From Octopus sinensis (taxonomy: Eukaryota): 64,000 bases of DNA. Every line of letters starts with the position of its first letter. Position 1 is the stretch's first letter. A model generated the notes under the pieces. That model ran no database searches. It was not told where the DNA came from and worked only from the letters and a program-made list of their open reading frames with translations. This document shows positions 13,270 to 26,720 of the stretch, in pieces. The stretch lies in NCBI RefSeq assembly GCF_006345805.1, contig NC_043006.1:39184001-39248000 (forward strand), given 5' to 3'. The translations under genes were made by a program, and so were the position numbers.

Positions 13270-13485
13270 TTATGGCACTAGGCCAGCAAGTTCAGGGGAG
13301 GGAGCAAGTCGATTACATCGCCCCACCCCCAGTGCGTAACTGGTACTTATTTAATCGACCTCGAAAAAACGAAAGGGAAAGTCGACCTCAGCAGATTTTG
13401 AACTCAGAACGAGAAGACGGACGAAATGCCGCTAAGCATTTTGTCCGGCGTGCTAACGATTACGCCAGATCGCCGCCGCCTTACA
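13270..13485 (-). mobile_element. SINE family B monomer
   Basis: Matches 10730-11295. Confidence 0.8.
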
Positions 13486-13854
13486 CGAGCTTAATATCAA
13501 GAGTAAGGCAAACACGAGCAAGGAAGTCTCAATATCAAAATTAATATTAGAAAGGAAATCAACATGTAATGATGGCGCTATAACAATTATGCTATGAGTT
13601 GGTTTAATTGTATTAATAACAAGAATAACTCCAAATTTAGCCGATTTGCTATTTTTGAATCTTCTCCATCTATCTCTGTATCTCGATTGATCAGAATTGG
13701 CTTAGATATATTACGAGATAATAAGGAAATTTGAATTAGTGTGAAAGCTAAGAAATCTCCGCTTTTTGATAAAAGGTTTTGACTGGGTGAGAAATATAAG
13801 ATACAATAGATTCTTTTGATGTAATTATGGGTTTGTTAGATAGCTCTGATTTAT

Positions 13855-14180
13855 TTTGTACTTGGTTCAGTTATTAGATTTCGGCCATGCTGGGGCACAC
13901 ATAGGACTTTTCTTTTTACAACCTAGTACATATTCTTTCGGTCTCTTATCACGAACCGTTATCACACCAACACCAGTTATCAAGCAGACACAGACACAAA
14001 GACACATAGATATATGCTCCTATGACGGCATTCTTTTCAGTTTTCGTCTACCAAATCCACGCATAAGGCTTTGGGAGACCCGAAACTATAGTTGGAGACA
14101 TTTGTCCTAGATGCGACACAGAAGGACCGAACCCGGAACTATGTGGTTGGGAAGCAAGGTTTTTACCTCACAACCACGCA
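13855..14180 (-). mobile_element. Degenerate SINE family A
   Basis: Diverged match to both head and tail. Confidence 0.65.
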
Positions 14181-14324
14181 TATATCTATCTAACTGTCTA
14201 TGTGTATGTATGTATGTGTGTGTGTGTGTGTGTTAGTCCTAGGACTCGTAGGGTGGTTTACCGGTTTCCATGGCGTATCACCGCTGTAACCCTGGACGGG
14301 ACGCCAGTCCGTCGCGCGATTCAA

Positions 14325-14530
14325 AGACAGCAGCTTTGAGCGAAGGGGTCAAGTCAATAACATAGAACCAAGTATTTGACTGGTACTTTATTTTATCGAT
14401 CCCAAAGGGACAAAGAGCAAAGTTGACTTCGATGAGATTTGAGCTCAGAACATAAAGAGCCGGAAGAAAATTCGCTAAACATTTTATCCGACTTACTAAC
14501 AGCGATTCTACTAGCATGTCGCCTTATAAT
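14325..14530 (-). mobile_element. SINE family B monomer, diverged
   Basis: Central domain and head are recognisable. Confidence 0.7.
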
Positions 14531-15524
14531 AATCTCATGAATTGACAGATGGATCACTTACACTTCTAGCTATCGTATACTAAAATGATATGCCTTAATA
14601 TAATTGTGTTTACACCACTTTTCTTAAAACCAGATGTCCGAGATTACAGAAAACTTCCCAGTTTTAATTCATATGCGTTTCTCTATTAACCACTGATACA
14701 GAAAAATTATCTCACAGAAACACTTTTCAACTGAGTTATAGGTGCGCTGCCAACGTGGAGAATTTAATTACTTATTACACTTCTAAAGATAACTGAGAAC
14801 ATCTGTATATGTAGAAATACTAACGAATGCCCACTAAACCAACAATTCATATAATATTGGAGTGATCGTGTATGAAATGGAATTGCTTCTACCAAGTTAA
14901 ATATTGATGTAATACGAAAAACTAACAATTGAAATATGACAGGACAAATTTAAGGTTATCAGAAATTTCTTTGTAGACGTTTTTGCGTTGGAAAATTCGC
15001 CATAAAAAATTATAAATTGCAGAATAAAAAAGAAAGAACATTAGCTGTTTTCTTGAAATGGCAACTTCATCAACTAAGCTACCGAGCAGAGAAAGGTAAT
15101 TTTTTTAAAAATGAATTTCTAGTTTATAAGCTGCTTGTTTGTCGCCGTTATGACTAAATTTCCTACGACAAATTTTCTTACGGCAAAAATCTCTACGGCG
15201 AATTTAAACATGGGAACTTTTGATTATATCTCTTCTTTTAACCATGCAGTAAAGAAGAATGTTACAAACTTGTCCAATTGTACTGTGTATGCTTTAAAAA
15301 AATATATTTCTTATATTCTTTTATTTGTTTCAGTCATTTGACTGCGGCCATGCTGGAGCACCGCCTTTAGTCGGGCAAATCGACGCCAGGACTTATTCTT
15401 TGTAAGCCTAGTACTTATTCTATCGGTCCCTTTTGTCGAACCGCTTAGTTACGAGGACGCAAACAAACCAGCATCGGTTGTCAAGCGATGTTGGGGGCAC
15501 AAACACACACACACACACACACAC

Positions 15525-15567
<43 letters not shown>

Positions 15568-15912
15568 GACGGGCTTCTTCCAGTTTCCGTCTACCAAATC
15601 CAATCACAAGGTTTTGGTCGGCCCGAGGCTATATATATATATATATATATAAGTTTAACAATTAAGGATAATCTCTTAATAAGGGATCTTAACAAGAAAT
15701 TATCGGGTAGCTAGCGTGAAAACCTCATAAAAGAAAAGAATCCGAAAATAATTTTTTTCTTTTGAACAAATTAATTATATCTATATTGTATAAAGGGCAT
15801 TATTACACATAAATGCCTCACACTAGGAGGGACAAAGTCATACTACTACCAAAAATTATACTAATCATACCCAAATGCAGTTTTTCAAAGCAAGACATTA
15901 AAAATGAATTAT

Positions 15913-15968
15913 GTTCTGTATCACCGTGATTTCACACACAACTTGCGTCTAATGATCGTCAGCAGAAC
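15913..15968 (-). ncRNA. Type I hammerhead ribozyme candidate, unit 1
   Basis: GUUCUG-CUGACGA-U-CAU..GUG-U-GAAA-UCAC-G-GUGA-UA-CAGAAC. Confidence 0.65.
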
Positions 15969-16386
15969 TGATTCTGAATACATCATAAATAAACCAACCT
16001 TATGTAGCGAAGACGAACAGACAACTGTTCACTCCGGCCAAGCACATGGAATGTTTATAAATCATATATCCGGTAAATGGCGGGCTTTTTACGAACTGCA
16101 TGTCGGGTAATGAAAAGTATTTCGGAATAAGTTTAACAATTAAGGATAATCTCTTAATAAGGGATCTTAACAAGAAATTATCGGGTAGCTAGCGTGAAAA
16201 CCTCATAAAAGAAAAGAATCCGAAAATAATTTTTTTCTTTTGAACAAATTAATTATATCTATTGTATAAAGGGCATTATTACACATAAATGCCTCACACT
16301 AGGAGGGACAAAGTCATTACTACCAAAAATTATACTAATCATACCAAATGCAGTTTTTCAAAGCAAGACATTTAAAAATGAATTAT

Positions 16387-16442
16387 GTTCTGTATCACCG
16401 TGATTTCACATACAACTTGCGTCTAATGATCGTCAGCAGAAC
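16387..16442 (-). ncRNA. Type I hammerhead ribozyme candidate, unit 2
   Basis: Stem I GUUCUG/CAGAAC, core CUGACGA and GAAA, stem II CAU/AUG, short stem III, AUA cleavage triplet. Confidence 0.7.
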
Positions 16443-17225
16443 TGATTCTGAATACATCATAAATAAACCAACCTTATGTAGCGAAGACGAACAGACAACT
16501 GTTCACTCCGGCCAAGCACATGGAATGTTTATAAATCATATATCCGGTAAATGGCGGGCTTTTTACGAACTGCATGTCGGGTAATGAAAAGTATTTCGGA
16601 ATAAGTTTAACAATTAAGGATAATCTCTTAATAAGGGATCTTAACAAGAAATTATCGGGTAGCTAGCGTGAAAACCTCATAAAAGAAAAGAATCCGAAAA
16701 TAATTTTTTTCTTTTGAACAAATTAATTATATCTATATTGTATAAAGGGCATTATTACACATAAATGCCTCACACTAGGAGGGACAAAGTCATTACTACC
16801 AAAAATTATACTAATCATACCCAAATGCAGTTTTTCAAAGCATTTGGGTATGATTAGTATAATTTTTGGTAGTAATGACTTTGTCCCTCCTAGTGTGAGG
16901 CATTTATGTGTAATAATGCCCTTTATACAATATAGATATAATTAATTTGTTCAAAAGAAAAAAATATTTTCGGATTCTTTTCTTTTATGAGGTTTTCACG
17001 CTAGCTACCCGATAATTTCTTGTTAAGATCCCTTATTAAGAGATTATCCTTAATTGTTAAACTTATTCCGAAATACTTTTCATTACCCGACATGCAGTTC
17101 GTAAAAAAGCCCGCCATTTACCGGATATATGATTTATAAACATTCCATGTGCTTGGCCGGAGTGAACAGTTGTCTGTTCGTCTTCGCTACATAAGGTTGG
17201 TTTATTTATGATGTATTCAGAATCA

Positions 17226-17281
17226 GTTCTGCTGACGATCATTAGACGCAAGTTGTATGTGAAATCACGGTGATACAGAAC
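17226..17281 (+). ncRNA. Type I hammerhead ribozyme candidate, inverted arm
   Basis: GTTCTG CTGACGA TCATTAGACGCAAGTTGTATGT GAAA TCACGGTGA TA CAGAAC read directly on the + strand. Confidence 0.7.
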
Positions 17282-17403
17282 ATAATTCATTTTTAAATGT
17301 CTTGCTTTGAAAAACTGCATTTGGGTATGATTAGTATAATTTTTGGTAGTAATGACTTTGTCCCTCCTAGTGTGAGGCATTTATGTGTAATAATGCCCTT
17401 TAT

Positions 17404-17444
<41 letters not shown>

Positions 17445-18526
17445 GAAGACACTTGCCCAAGTTGCCGCGCAGTAGGACTGAACCCGGAATCATGTGGTTG
17501 GTACACACCCACTCCTATTTCTATTAATTATCTCAGCTGGCACAGCGCAACTCTCAGTCTCAGTGACGCCCCCACTCCACCCCACCGCAACAGGAACCAA
17601 CCCCGGTGGTAGAGTATAGAACATAGTCTGGCTATAACGGAATGATTCGGTTGTATTAAAGACACATCACAGTAAATTTACGCAATTTAGTGTCACCGAA
17701 TTCTACCTCTCCATGAATAATCCTATTCTCACAGTCTTAACTTTCACAAAATGCTTCATACCAATTAGTGAATCTGGCATGGAGATCAACATGCATGCTA
17801 TAAATCCCTTTAGTATCTCAACTGGTAAGCTCGTTCACTCGCTGTGCTGTGTTGAGGAAACATTTATAGAATTGATTTGCTTCTGGCTTATCTGAAAATG
17901 GCAAATAAAGTAACACTTAGAGAATTTTTTCTATGTATAGATCTATGCATGTGATTTGTCGAATGTGATTCCCGGATTACAAGCAGAGTGCAATGTCATC
18001 TTTCAGTAAATAAATTAATATCCCATCGCTGCAGCGTGTATTGTGTAGCTACCGTGTTTCGTACATTTGACACAGTCCAGTGCATAGAAATAAATTTTAT
18101 AGCGGGAAGAAACACAACAGTTATAGGAGTTTTCGCTTAGCACAGACGATAATTTAATCTGAGCTAAAAACAAAACCAAAAAGAGAAAGAAAAAATACTT
18201 GGAAACGAATAATTTGATGTTTCCAAGAAATCAACCGCTGGAGCAGGATTATGTTAAGTTTCCGACCTTTTACATGAAAGAATTCTTGCGTTGTGGATAG
18301 GTTTAAATGTAGAGCGCTAATCTTATGGCCTCACCTAATATGAACGGACGTTTACTTTATAGATTAAGAAAAGACCTCAAAGAGGTATTTAGCTAAACAG
18401 CTTTAGCTCCCAAATCACCGTTAATCTTAGTTCAGCAAACTTATTGATGAAAATCATTTTAGCGATGGATATTGTGTATATAAGATTGCATTACCCAAAG
18501 TATCCTTCTTTTTCTCAGACAATAAT

Positions 18527-18811
18527 GTGTGATTTGAGAGAGGTTTGACTGTTATTTCTGGCAAGTAGATGAAGCTTACAAAGACAAATTCACATCATTG
18601 ATATTATCGTTTATTTCCAAATCCGCCCTTATCGAGTAGGATTGCTCAGATGAAAGGGGATCTGATCGGGATACCATTCTGTTTCTATATTTATCGGGAA
18701 ATAGCAGGGTGCGAATAGTGTATGTAGGAGTACATTTTCCAATGTGTTCTTCCTTTTCTTTTAAAGAGGATAGCGTGTGATTTGAGAGAGATGTTATTGC
18801 TATTTCTAGCA
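18527..18811 (+). repeat. Two copies of a short dispersed repeat (GTGTGATTTGAGAGAGATTTGGCTGCTATTTCTAGCA-like)
   Basis: Copies at ~18527 and ~18775; further partial copies at ~4040, ~4960 and ~55405. Confidence 0.55.
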
Positions 18812-21439
18812 GATCGATTTATCTTATGAAGACTACAACAACGATGCGTTCTCCTTTTTATTTTTATTTCCTGTTTAGTTTTGACCGAATTGATCGGCTA
18901 CAATTAAAGACATTCCAACCTGGGCACCTTCCCTCATCTATTTTGTTTTTATCAGGATTAGTGTACCAAAGAATACATTTTCCATTGTGATCCTCCCTGC
19001 TAATCTATCGGAGAATCAAGAAGGCTTAAAAACCATCTGTGAAGACCCTTCAAACGTGTCATCCTCTTCTCTTCCGAAGCGCATCGTTTCTACGTTGAAC
19101 TTCCTCTCAGTGATAAGTCCTCTTTATCATAAATCCTTTTATTCTGATAGATTCTCTCCTCCAACTGCTCCTCACTGGAACTCACTGTTATCGCCTTGTT
19201 TTCCTTTTGTCTATGATATTCACTCCTTTAAGCTTTCTATCAATCAACATTTTTTGAGTTAGTGGTCCCTTCTTTCGTTGTCGTTCATTTCACTCCAGTG
19301 ACCTCAAAACATATTTGAGACAAAACCTCATAAAAAAAAAGAGACTGTATGATTTAAAGGGATTTTTTTAAAACAAGGCTTTCAAACGAATTGAACGATC
19401 ATGATGAGACTCCTTCATTATCTCGACCGCTGTTCGGTTTTTTAAATACTCCCTCGAAAGATATACTGTTGCTCATTATGTATAGATGGTGAGGATATGG
19501 AGATGGAAACGGTTGAAGTTGCAGATTGCATCAGGATTTCCCCCGGAGTAAAAAGAAAACCCATCTCTTTTTTGCAGGACCCCTGAGTGTGGTACGGCTG
19601 AGAGTGTAGTGGAGTTGGTTTGAATGACATTTGGTGTCCAGGAGTCGAACGGTTGTGTTAAATTAAGCGACGATTAAACATACAATCCAAGAACTGGGCA
19701 AAGGTTTCTGCAACGCATGGGCTTCCACACAGTTTCTGTTTACCAAATTCTACAAAATATCTATCGGCTTCAGTTTACAGTAGGATAGAACATGAAACCA
19801 CGGATTTGCAAAATAAATCTCATGCCTTTTGTGTCATAGCAATGTCATTGTCAAACAAAAGACATAAAGTCGAAGATTATATGAGAAGCAAAGAAGAAAA
19901 AATATCCTTAAAACTGCACAAAAATCTCCAAAATGAATATTAAAGCAGTACTCTATAGTCACGAGAGATTTCATTAAAAAATTATTATAATTGCTCTTAA
20001 ATCAACACGCAAGCATCCAAAATGCCAAACGTTATGTCGTACGTGTTAATTGGGCGACACCTTTATTTTCTTTTGAAAACATTGACTTTGAAACTAATCG
20101 AAGCTAACTCCGTATTTCATAAAGGTCAGATGTGTTAATTTAAGTTGGCTTAAGTGCATTTCTAATGAATATTTTAATGAAATCCTTGGTGCGAAAAGCT
20201 TAATGTTGCTTTTAGAGTGTTTATGCTTCACTGTAATATATATATTAATTTTTGGCGTAACCGACCATATAGCTTTTGTTGTTTGGTAGCCGCCGCCAAC
20301 CCAGAAACAGTTGAGAATAACTGAATATATTTAATTTTAGTATTTTTCCTGCTTTCTTTATCTGAATATGGTTCTTCTGATTTCAAATCCCACTGGATTG
20401 AGTTTCGTTTTAATTTCCCCCACCCGGGATCAATAAAATATTTATACTGAAGATGTTAAGTTTTGTAAAAACAATTGACTTAACTTTTCATAGATTGTAC
20501 TCTCTTTTCTCAAGCCTCACGTGACTAGCATTGCCAAATTAAACATCCTTGGAAGTGCAGCTCAAATAAGAGTTAGCAATCACGTGATTCCAAATGCAAT
20601 CCCATTGAGTAATGGGTTACACAAATGTGTTCTATCCTACGTTAAATTTATTTATACTGATGTTTATGCTCTCCAACGCCGTTAACTGTTCACCTATACA
20701 TCAAGCTATTCTTGAAAAGGGAAACATAAATGTCGTCAATTTTAGCCGAAACGCTCTGTACATACAAACAAACAAAAATGCCCTATTGTTGTTGTTGAAA
20801 TTCCAATGAAGGAACCTTGGATCTAGGCTAGAAACTGACTCTCTCTATTGGTAAGAAATCTTGAAATAAAACTGAATAATGACATACACACACAGAAACA
20901 CAGCCCCCCCCACACACACATACATATCTATACATGTGAATTTGTGTCAGTGATGTGTTTGTCCATCGTATGGGAACCGGTGTCAGCAAAAGAGAGCGAT
21001 AGAATAAGTTCTAGACTTTAAAAAATAAGCTCAGAGGTGAATTTGTTTAACCAAAGCAGCAGTTTTTCAACCATTTCTTTTTACATATGAACTTTTTTTA
21101 TCTCCATTTTATACAGAGGGAAGGCCGCTCATAGCCATTCGATGCCAAAAAACTCCTATTATATATTTTATGATTAAATATCATTAGGAATTGTATAAAA
21201 AGCTTAAATGTTTAATGCTTTATAGAAATATAACCAGTTTATTGCACATAAATTTTAAAAACAAAATCTTATATGGATCCTCGAGGGCCATAAGGGCCGC
21301 AGTGAAAACTTCTGGACTAAACCTTTCAAAGCTGTACTCCAGCATGGCCACAATCCAGTGACTGAAACAACTAAAAGATAAAAAATAGAGGTTATATATA
21401 CACACACACACATATACATATGTATACTCACACATATAT

Positions 21440-21755
21440 AAGGCTCGTCAGTGGATTTGGTAGGCGGAAACTGAAAGAAGCCCGTCGTATATATGTATGT
21501 GTGTGTGTGTGGGAGTGTGTGTGTGTGCGTGCGTGTGTGTTTGTGTGTCTGTGTTTGCCCCCCCCCAACATCGCTTGACAACCGATGGTGGTGTGTTTAC
21601 ATCCCCATAACTAAGCGGTTCGACAAAACAGCCAATAGAATAAGTACTAGGCTTACAAAGAATAAGTCCTGGGATCGATTTGCTCGACTAAAGGCGGTGC
21701 TCCAGCATGGCCGCAGTCAAATGACTGAAACAAGGAAAAGAGTAAGAGTAAAGAG
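21440..21755 (+). mobile_element. SINE family A, 5'-truncated
   Basis: Matches the family A body and tail. Confidence 0.85.
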
Positions 21756-21789
21756 TACATGCATATATATATTCTTTTTTTTCTTTTAC

Positions 21790-22178
21790 ACTTTTACTTG
21801 CTTCAGTCATTTGACTGTGGCCATGCTGGAGCACCACCTTTAGTCGAGCATATCGAGCCCAGGATTTATTCTTTGTAAGCCTAGTACTTATTCTATTGGG
21901 CTCTTTTGCCGAACCGCTTAGTTATGGGGATGTAAACACACCAGCATCGGTTGTCAAGCGATGTTGGGGGGGGGGACAAACACAGACACACAAACACACA
22001 CACACATACATATATACGACGGGCTTCTTTCAGTTTCCGCCTACCAAATCCACTGACGAGCCTTTGGTCGGCCCGAGGCTATAGTAGAAGACACTTGCCC
22101 AAGGTGCCACGCAGTGGGACTGAACCCGGAACCATGTGGTTGGTAAGCAAGCTACTTACCACACAGACACTCCTACGC
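21790..22178 (-). mobile_element. SINE family A, full length (tail-to-tail with 21440-21755)
   Basis: High similarity; the two copies form a close inverted pair. Confidence 0.88.
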
Positions 22179-23474
22179 ACATATATATATATATATATAT
22201 ATATGATAGATAGATAGATGCATACGCATGTACACATACGCACATTCACGCATACATATATTTCTCAATATTTCCCAATATAACTTTGCTATATCAAATA
22301 CATAATTTAATGTCAATACTCTTATTGCTTGCTTATCGTTTTTCTTCATTTTGTTCATTTTAATTGTTTTAAAACCATTTTTTACCCATTAACTTCGATG
22401 CCATCCATTTCAACAGCTATTACTTATATTATATGTATATTTTAAGTGTCCATATCACTTAACTTATATTTATTAAACAAAATATAATTTATACACTTCA
22501 AATACAAAATAAATATATTTATACAATGTAGATGCAAACAAGCTATTCGTTATTTCTTTATTCCGTTTTCACAACGTACATGCTGTAGGTTTACTGGCAT
22601 TTTCAATTTACGTTTCAACTCCTGTTTACAAATTTTGCTGTCCAATTTAATTTTCATTCACGAAATGAATGCAGGCATGTCACAACCATTTACCCCACCG
22701 TCTGACGATTGTTGCTGTTCGTAATCTGTCGATATCAATGTAAGCTCACGAATAAGATCCAGCTAAAATCAGCGTTGTTTATAATTTGCTTATTATGGAG
22801 TCACTCTGGATAATAGAGTGGCCAAAAAGGAAAGGAGAGAATCTGGTAGATTCATTGGTTAGGGGACGTCTCTGGCTCAGTGAAACGTCAAAACGTCGGT
22901 TGTCTCAAAATCCCTTGTGCTAATATGAATGTGCCATGAGTACATAATTATTGTTAAGATGTTGCTTTCACGTGATGGAACACACCAGCGATTAGCATAT
23001 TCATGTTCGTATCTGAAGAAACATATTTAGAATAAATATGCAACTCATCGTTTTGATTCTCGCTGTTCACAGTGCACTTGACGATTTAATATCGGTTGAC
23101 AAATACCAGCAGAGATCAACGAAGAGTTTGTTTGCTGAAGTTATGAATCAATTCTTGTTCGGTTCATCGATCCCGTTCTTGTAAGATTCATCAGCTCTTG
23201 TTAAATTCATTGGTCCAAGGGTGCTTTTGACTGACGAGACACGTCAATGTCGAAACAGCGGATGCCCTAGAGTCTCTTGGGCAGGTAAATATCGGTACGT
23301 CCCATTGATCTGAGGCAACTTTGTACACTGTCAATTATTACCTTAACTATGAATACACTGTTCCTAAAGTTATTCTCAAGCTCGACACAGTTGTTGCTTC
23401 ATTTCAAATGTTTTTAACTGTGCCGACAAAATGTTCATTACTGTAAAACAGTCTTCCAGTTACATACATACCTG

Positions 23475-23534
<60 letters not shown>

Positions 23535-23558
23535 ACTAACTATTTATTTGTCTGTCTG

Positions 23559-23596
<38 letters not shown>

Positions 23597-26180
23597 CCGC
23601 ACTTCCCGCAGGGGGGTGGACTTCAGTGCCTACCTACATAGCCTACCACGACTCTCGACAAGAAAGGCAGGGTGCTGCGAAGGTGCCATCACGGCGGCGG
23701 AAGTGCGGAAGCGATGGCAGAATGCTCGAGGGACAAATCACCGTTTGGATGGTCTACCCTACGAGCTTTACAATTGTATGCCAGACTTGTTTGGAGATCT
23801 CTTGGCGGCGGTGTACTGCAACTGGCAGCAAAACGGGAGCATTCCTGGTTTTGTGAGCCGAGGAGCCGTAACACTGCTGAAGAAAGATCTAAACAGGGAA
23901 ATGTAATAGATAACTTTAGGCCCATCACTCTGCTTAATGCAGACTTGAAAATTTTGGCCAAGGTGCTAGCCAAGAGGTTGGCGCTTGTTCATCGAGAAAC
24001 TGGTCGACAAGGCGCAAACATGCGCCGTGCCAGGCCGGACCATCCATGATAACCTCCATCTGATGCGCTACATCATAGACAGGGTAGTTAACGAACCTGG
24101 CATGGGTGGGGCCCTGATCAACTTGGATCAATCGAAAGCCTTTGATAGGGTAGACCATCGATACTTGGAGGCAGTCCTGAGAGCGGCTGGTTTCGGTCCC
24201 GTCTTCCGCGGCTGGATAGCTGCCTTGTACAGAGGCATCCGTTCGGTAATTCGCGTAAATGGACATCTATCGAGACCTTTCGACATTGCACGTTCGGTCC
24301 GTCAGGGATGCCCCCTCTCGGCGCTTCTATACGTATTGACTTTTGAGCCACTACTGCGGAAGCTGGCGACTCTAAGGGGCATCCCGCGAGAATTGGGATG
24401 CGGGACGAGCGTGTCTGCATACGCGGACGACGTCACCGTCATAGTGTCTAGCCACGAGCACATCGAGCTGGTCGCGAGACACTGAAAAACTACGAAGCGG
24501 TGACAGGAGCGAAAATCAACCGGGAAAAGTCAGTGGGCTTGCGACTAGGCACCTGGAGAAGCAAGCCCATGCCGTCCACCAGCGCCTCCGTCGTGGGACG
24601 CTGGACCGACGGCCCGGTTGAGTTGCTCGGGGTCTGGTTCGGTCCGGACCTCCAAGTGGAGAAGAACTGGCGAGATAACGATAGGGTGGTCACTCTCGCC
24701 CGGCAATGGCCGAGAGGAAACTGTCCCTAAAAGGTCGAGCGGAGGTGGCGAACACGTACATCGCGTCCGTCATCTACTACCGCCTGACCGTCGTACCTTG
24801 TCCCGACCCTACCATCACCAAACTACAACGCATCCTCTTTCGCTTCTTGTGAAAGGATGCGTCCCGATGGTCAGGCGATCCATTTGCTGTCAACACCCGT
24901 TAAAAGGAGGGCTGGGCATGCCGTGGTTGATGATGTGCGCAGACACGCGCTGAGACTGCGACATCTCTGGCTCTATGTAGACGACGGTGAACAGGTGTGG
25001 TCGCCGTTTGTGAGGCACGCTTTCCCGCAGCTCGTCTCCATAACCGAACTGCAGTCGTGGATAAAAAGAGGCCGAGGAAGGGCGAATGGCACCGCGAGTG
25101 TCGCGTTGCTCTCAAGCAACTCTGCCGTCCTGGGTCGACCTTAAGTGACTTCAACACAACCAAAGCATTCTATAGGGGTTTAGTGGAGGGGAGGTACGAC
25201 GACGAGCTCGGGGCGAACCTGGACGTCGACGAGGAGTACCTGACCCGCCTGTTCGGGACGACTTTCGGGCCAGGGCCCATGGACAACTTCCAGAGATCCC
25301 TGGCCTGGCAGTGCTACCGAGAAGCGCTACCCGTTCGGGATAAGCTCTACAGACACGGCTCGAGAAACACGGGGCCGACCTGCCCGAGATGCGGTCAGAG
25401 CGACGAAACCGTTCTGCACGCACTCGTTCAGTGTCCAACAATTTCCGACCTGTGGGCTTATGTCGAACAACTGCTGTCACGTGTGGGACGAGTCGGTTTA
25501 TCAGCTGAGTCTATCGTTAATATTGTCACGCCTCCTTCCTTCAAACGGGAAGGAAGAGCTATTTTCATCATCCTTGTGGCTATGGCGAAAGAATGTATCT
25601 GGTGGACGCGTCTGAAAGGATTGGAGACAAACACTTTCCTCTCTGGTCAATCTCTCATCAACTTCTTCAAGTACCACTTGAAAAGGAAAGTGAGAGTAGA
25701 GAGGCAAGTTTTGTCTAGCGAATGTTTTAAAAAAAGATGGGTGAATGTAGCAAGAATGGCACGTATGAATGACGAAGCCACCTTGAGCATAGTCCTATGA
25801 ACCCAGAAATCGAAAACAGAGAGTTGCTTATTTGCAAAAAAAAAAAAAAAAAAAAGAAATATAAAATGTGACTTCATAGACCGAGGTTACCGTGGTCTTT
25901 TCCGTAGGCTTTTCTTTCCACGGGTAAACCTCACCTGTCCTCCCCTTTACACTTCATATTGACATTTCTGTGATAACGATCCCTATTGATCATTTTTTTT
26001 TCCTCTCCCCCCTTTTTTTTTTTTTTATACCCCCCTTTTTTTGTCCTCTTTCTCTCCTTTTACGATCCCTTTTGATCGAAACTCCCCTTCCTTTTTTTTT
26101 TTTTTTAAACCTTCAAAAGAAAAGCTCTACCTTGTAATTTGTTCTATCTGTGGCAGCCCTGTGTGGCTAATAAAGAAACA
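23597..26180 (+). mobile_element. 5'-truncated Tx1/L1-clade non-LTR retrotransposon (RT plus C-terminal CCHC), frameshifted
   Basis: Motifs [57 protein letters not shown] and CPRCGQSDETVLHALVQC, spread over several frames; ORF2 stop at 25800; 3' UTR ends AATAAAGAAACA and runs into (TATC)n. Confidence 0.92.
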
Positions 26181-26263
<83 letters not shown>

Positions 26264-26347
26264 TTATTTATCTATCTAGGCGGGTGGGTGAATGTAGCGA
26301 AGATGGTGCGTGCGAGTAACGAAACCACTTTGAGAATGATCCTGTAA

Positions 26348-26436
<89 letters not shown>

Positions 26437-26459
26437 ACTAACTAACTATTATTTGTCTG

Positions 26460-26515
<56 letters not shown>

Positions 26516-26539
26516 ACTAACTAACTATTTATTTGTCTG

Positions 26540-26619
<80 letters not shown>

Positions 26620-26643
26620 ACTAACTAACTATTTATTTGTCTG

Positions 26644-26720
<77 letters not shown>

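Larger units (their letters stand above)
15651..17408. mobile_element. HHR-containing tandem/fold-back array (retrozyme-like or PLE pLTR array)
   Basis: Units start at 15651, 16129 and 16603 (period 478, then 474); the third unit is partial; an inverted segment follows at 16840-17408; both ends abut (TA)n. Confidence 0.8.
15310..17520 (-). mobile_element. SINE family A split by the 15651-17408 insertion
   Basis: The sequence ...GGCCCGAGGC(TA)n at 15630 resumes as (TA)nGTAGAAGACACTTGCCCAAG at ~17440; intact copies read GAGGCTATAGTAGAAG. Confidence 0.88.

Noticed and set aside
15904-16110. Repeated 68-105 aa ORF (MNYVLYHRDF...) in the array
   Set aside because: It is antisense to the HHR, has no recognisable motif, and its start differs between units through indels.
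17525-17550. miR-216-like string TATCTCAGCTGGCA
   Set aside because: Partial match only, with no hairpin partner.
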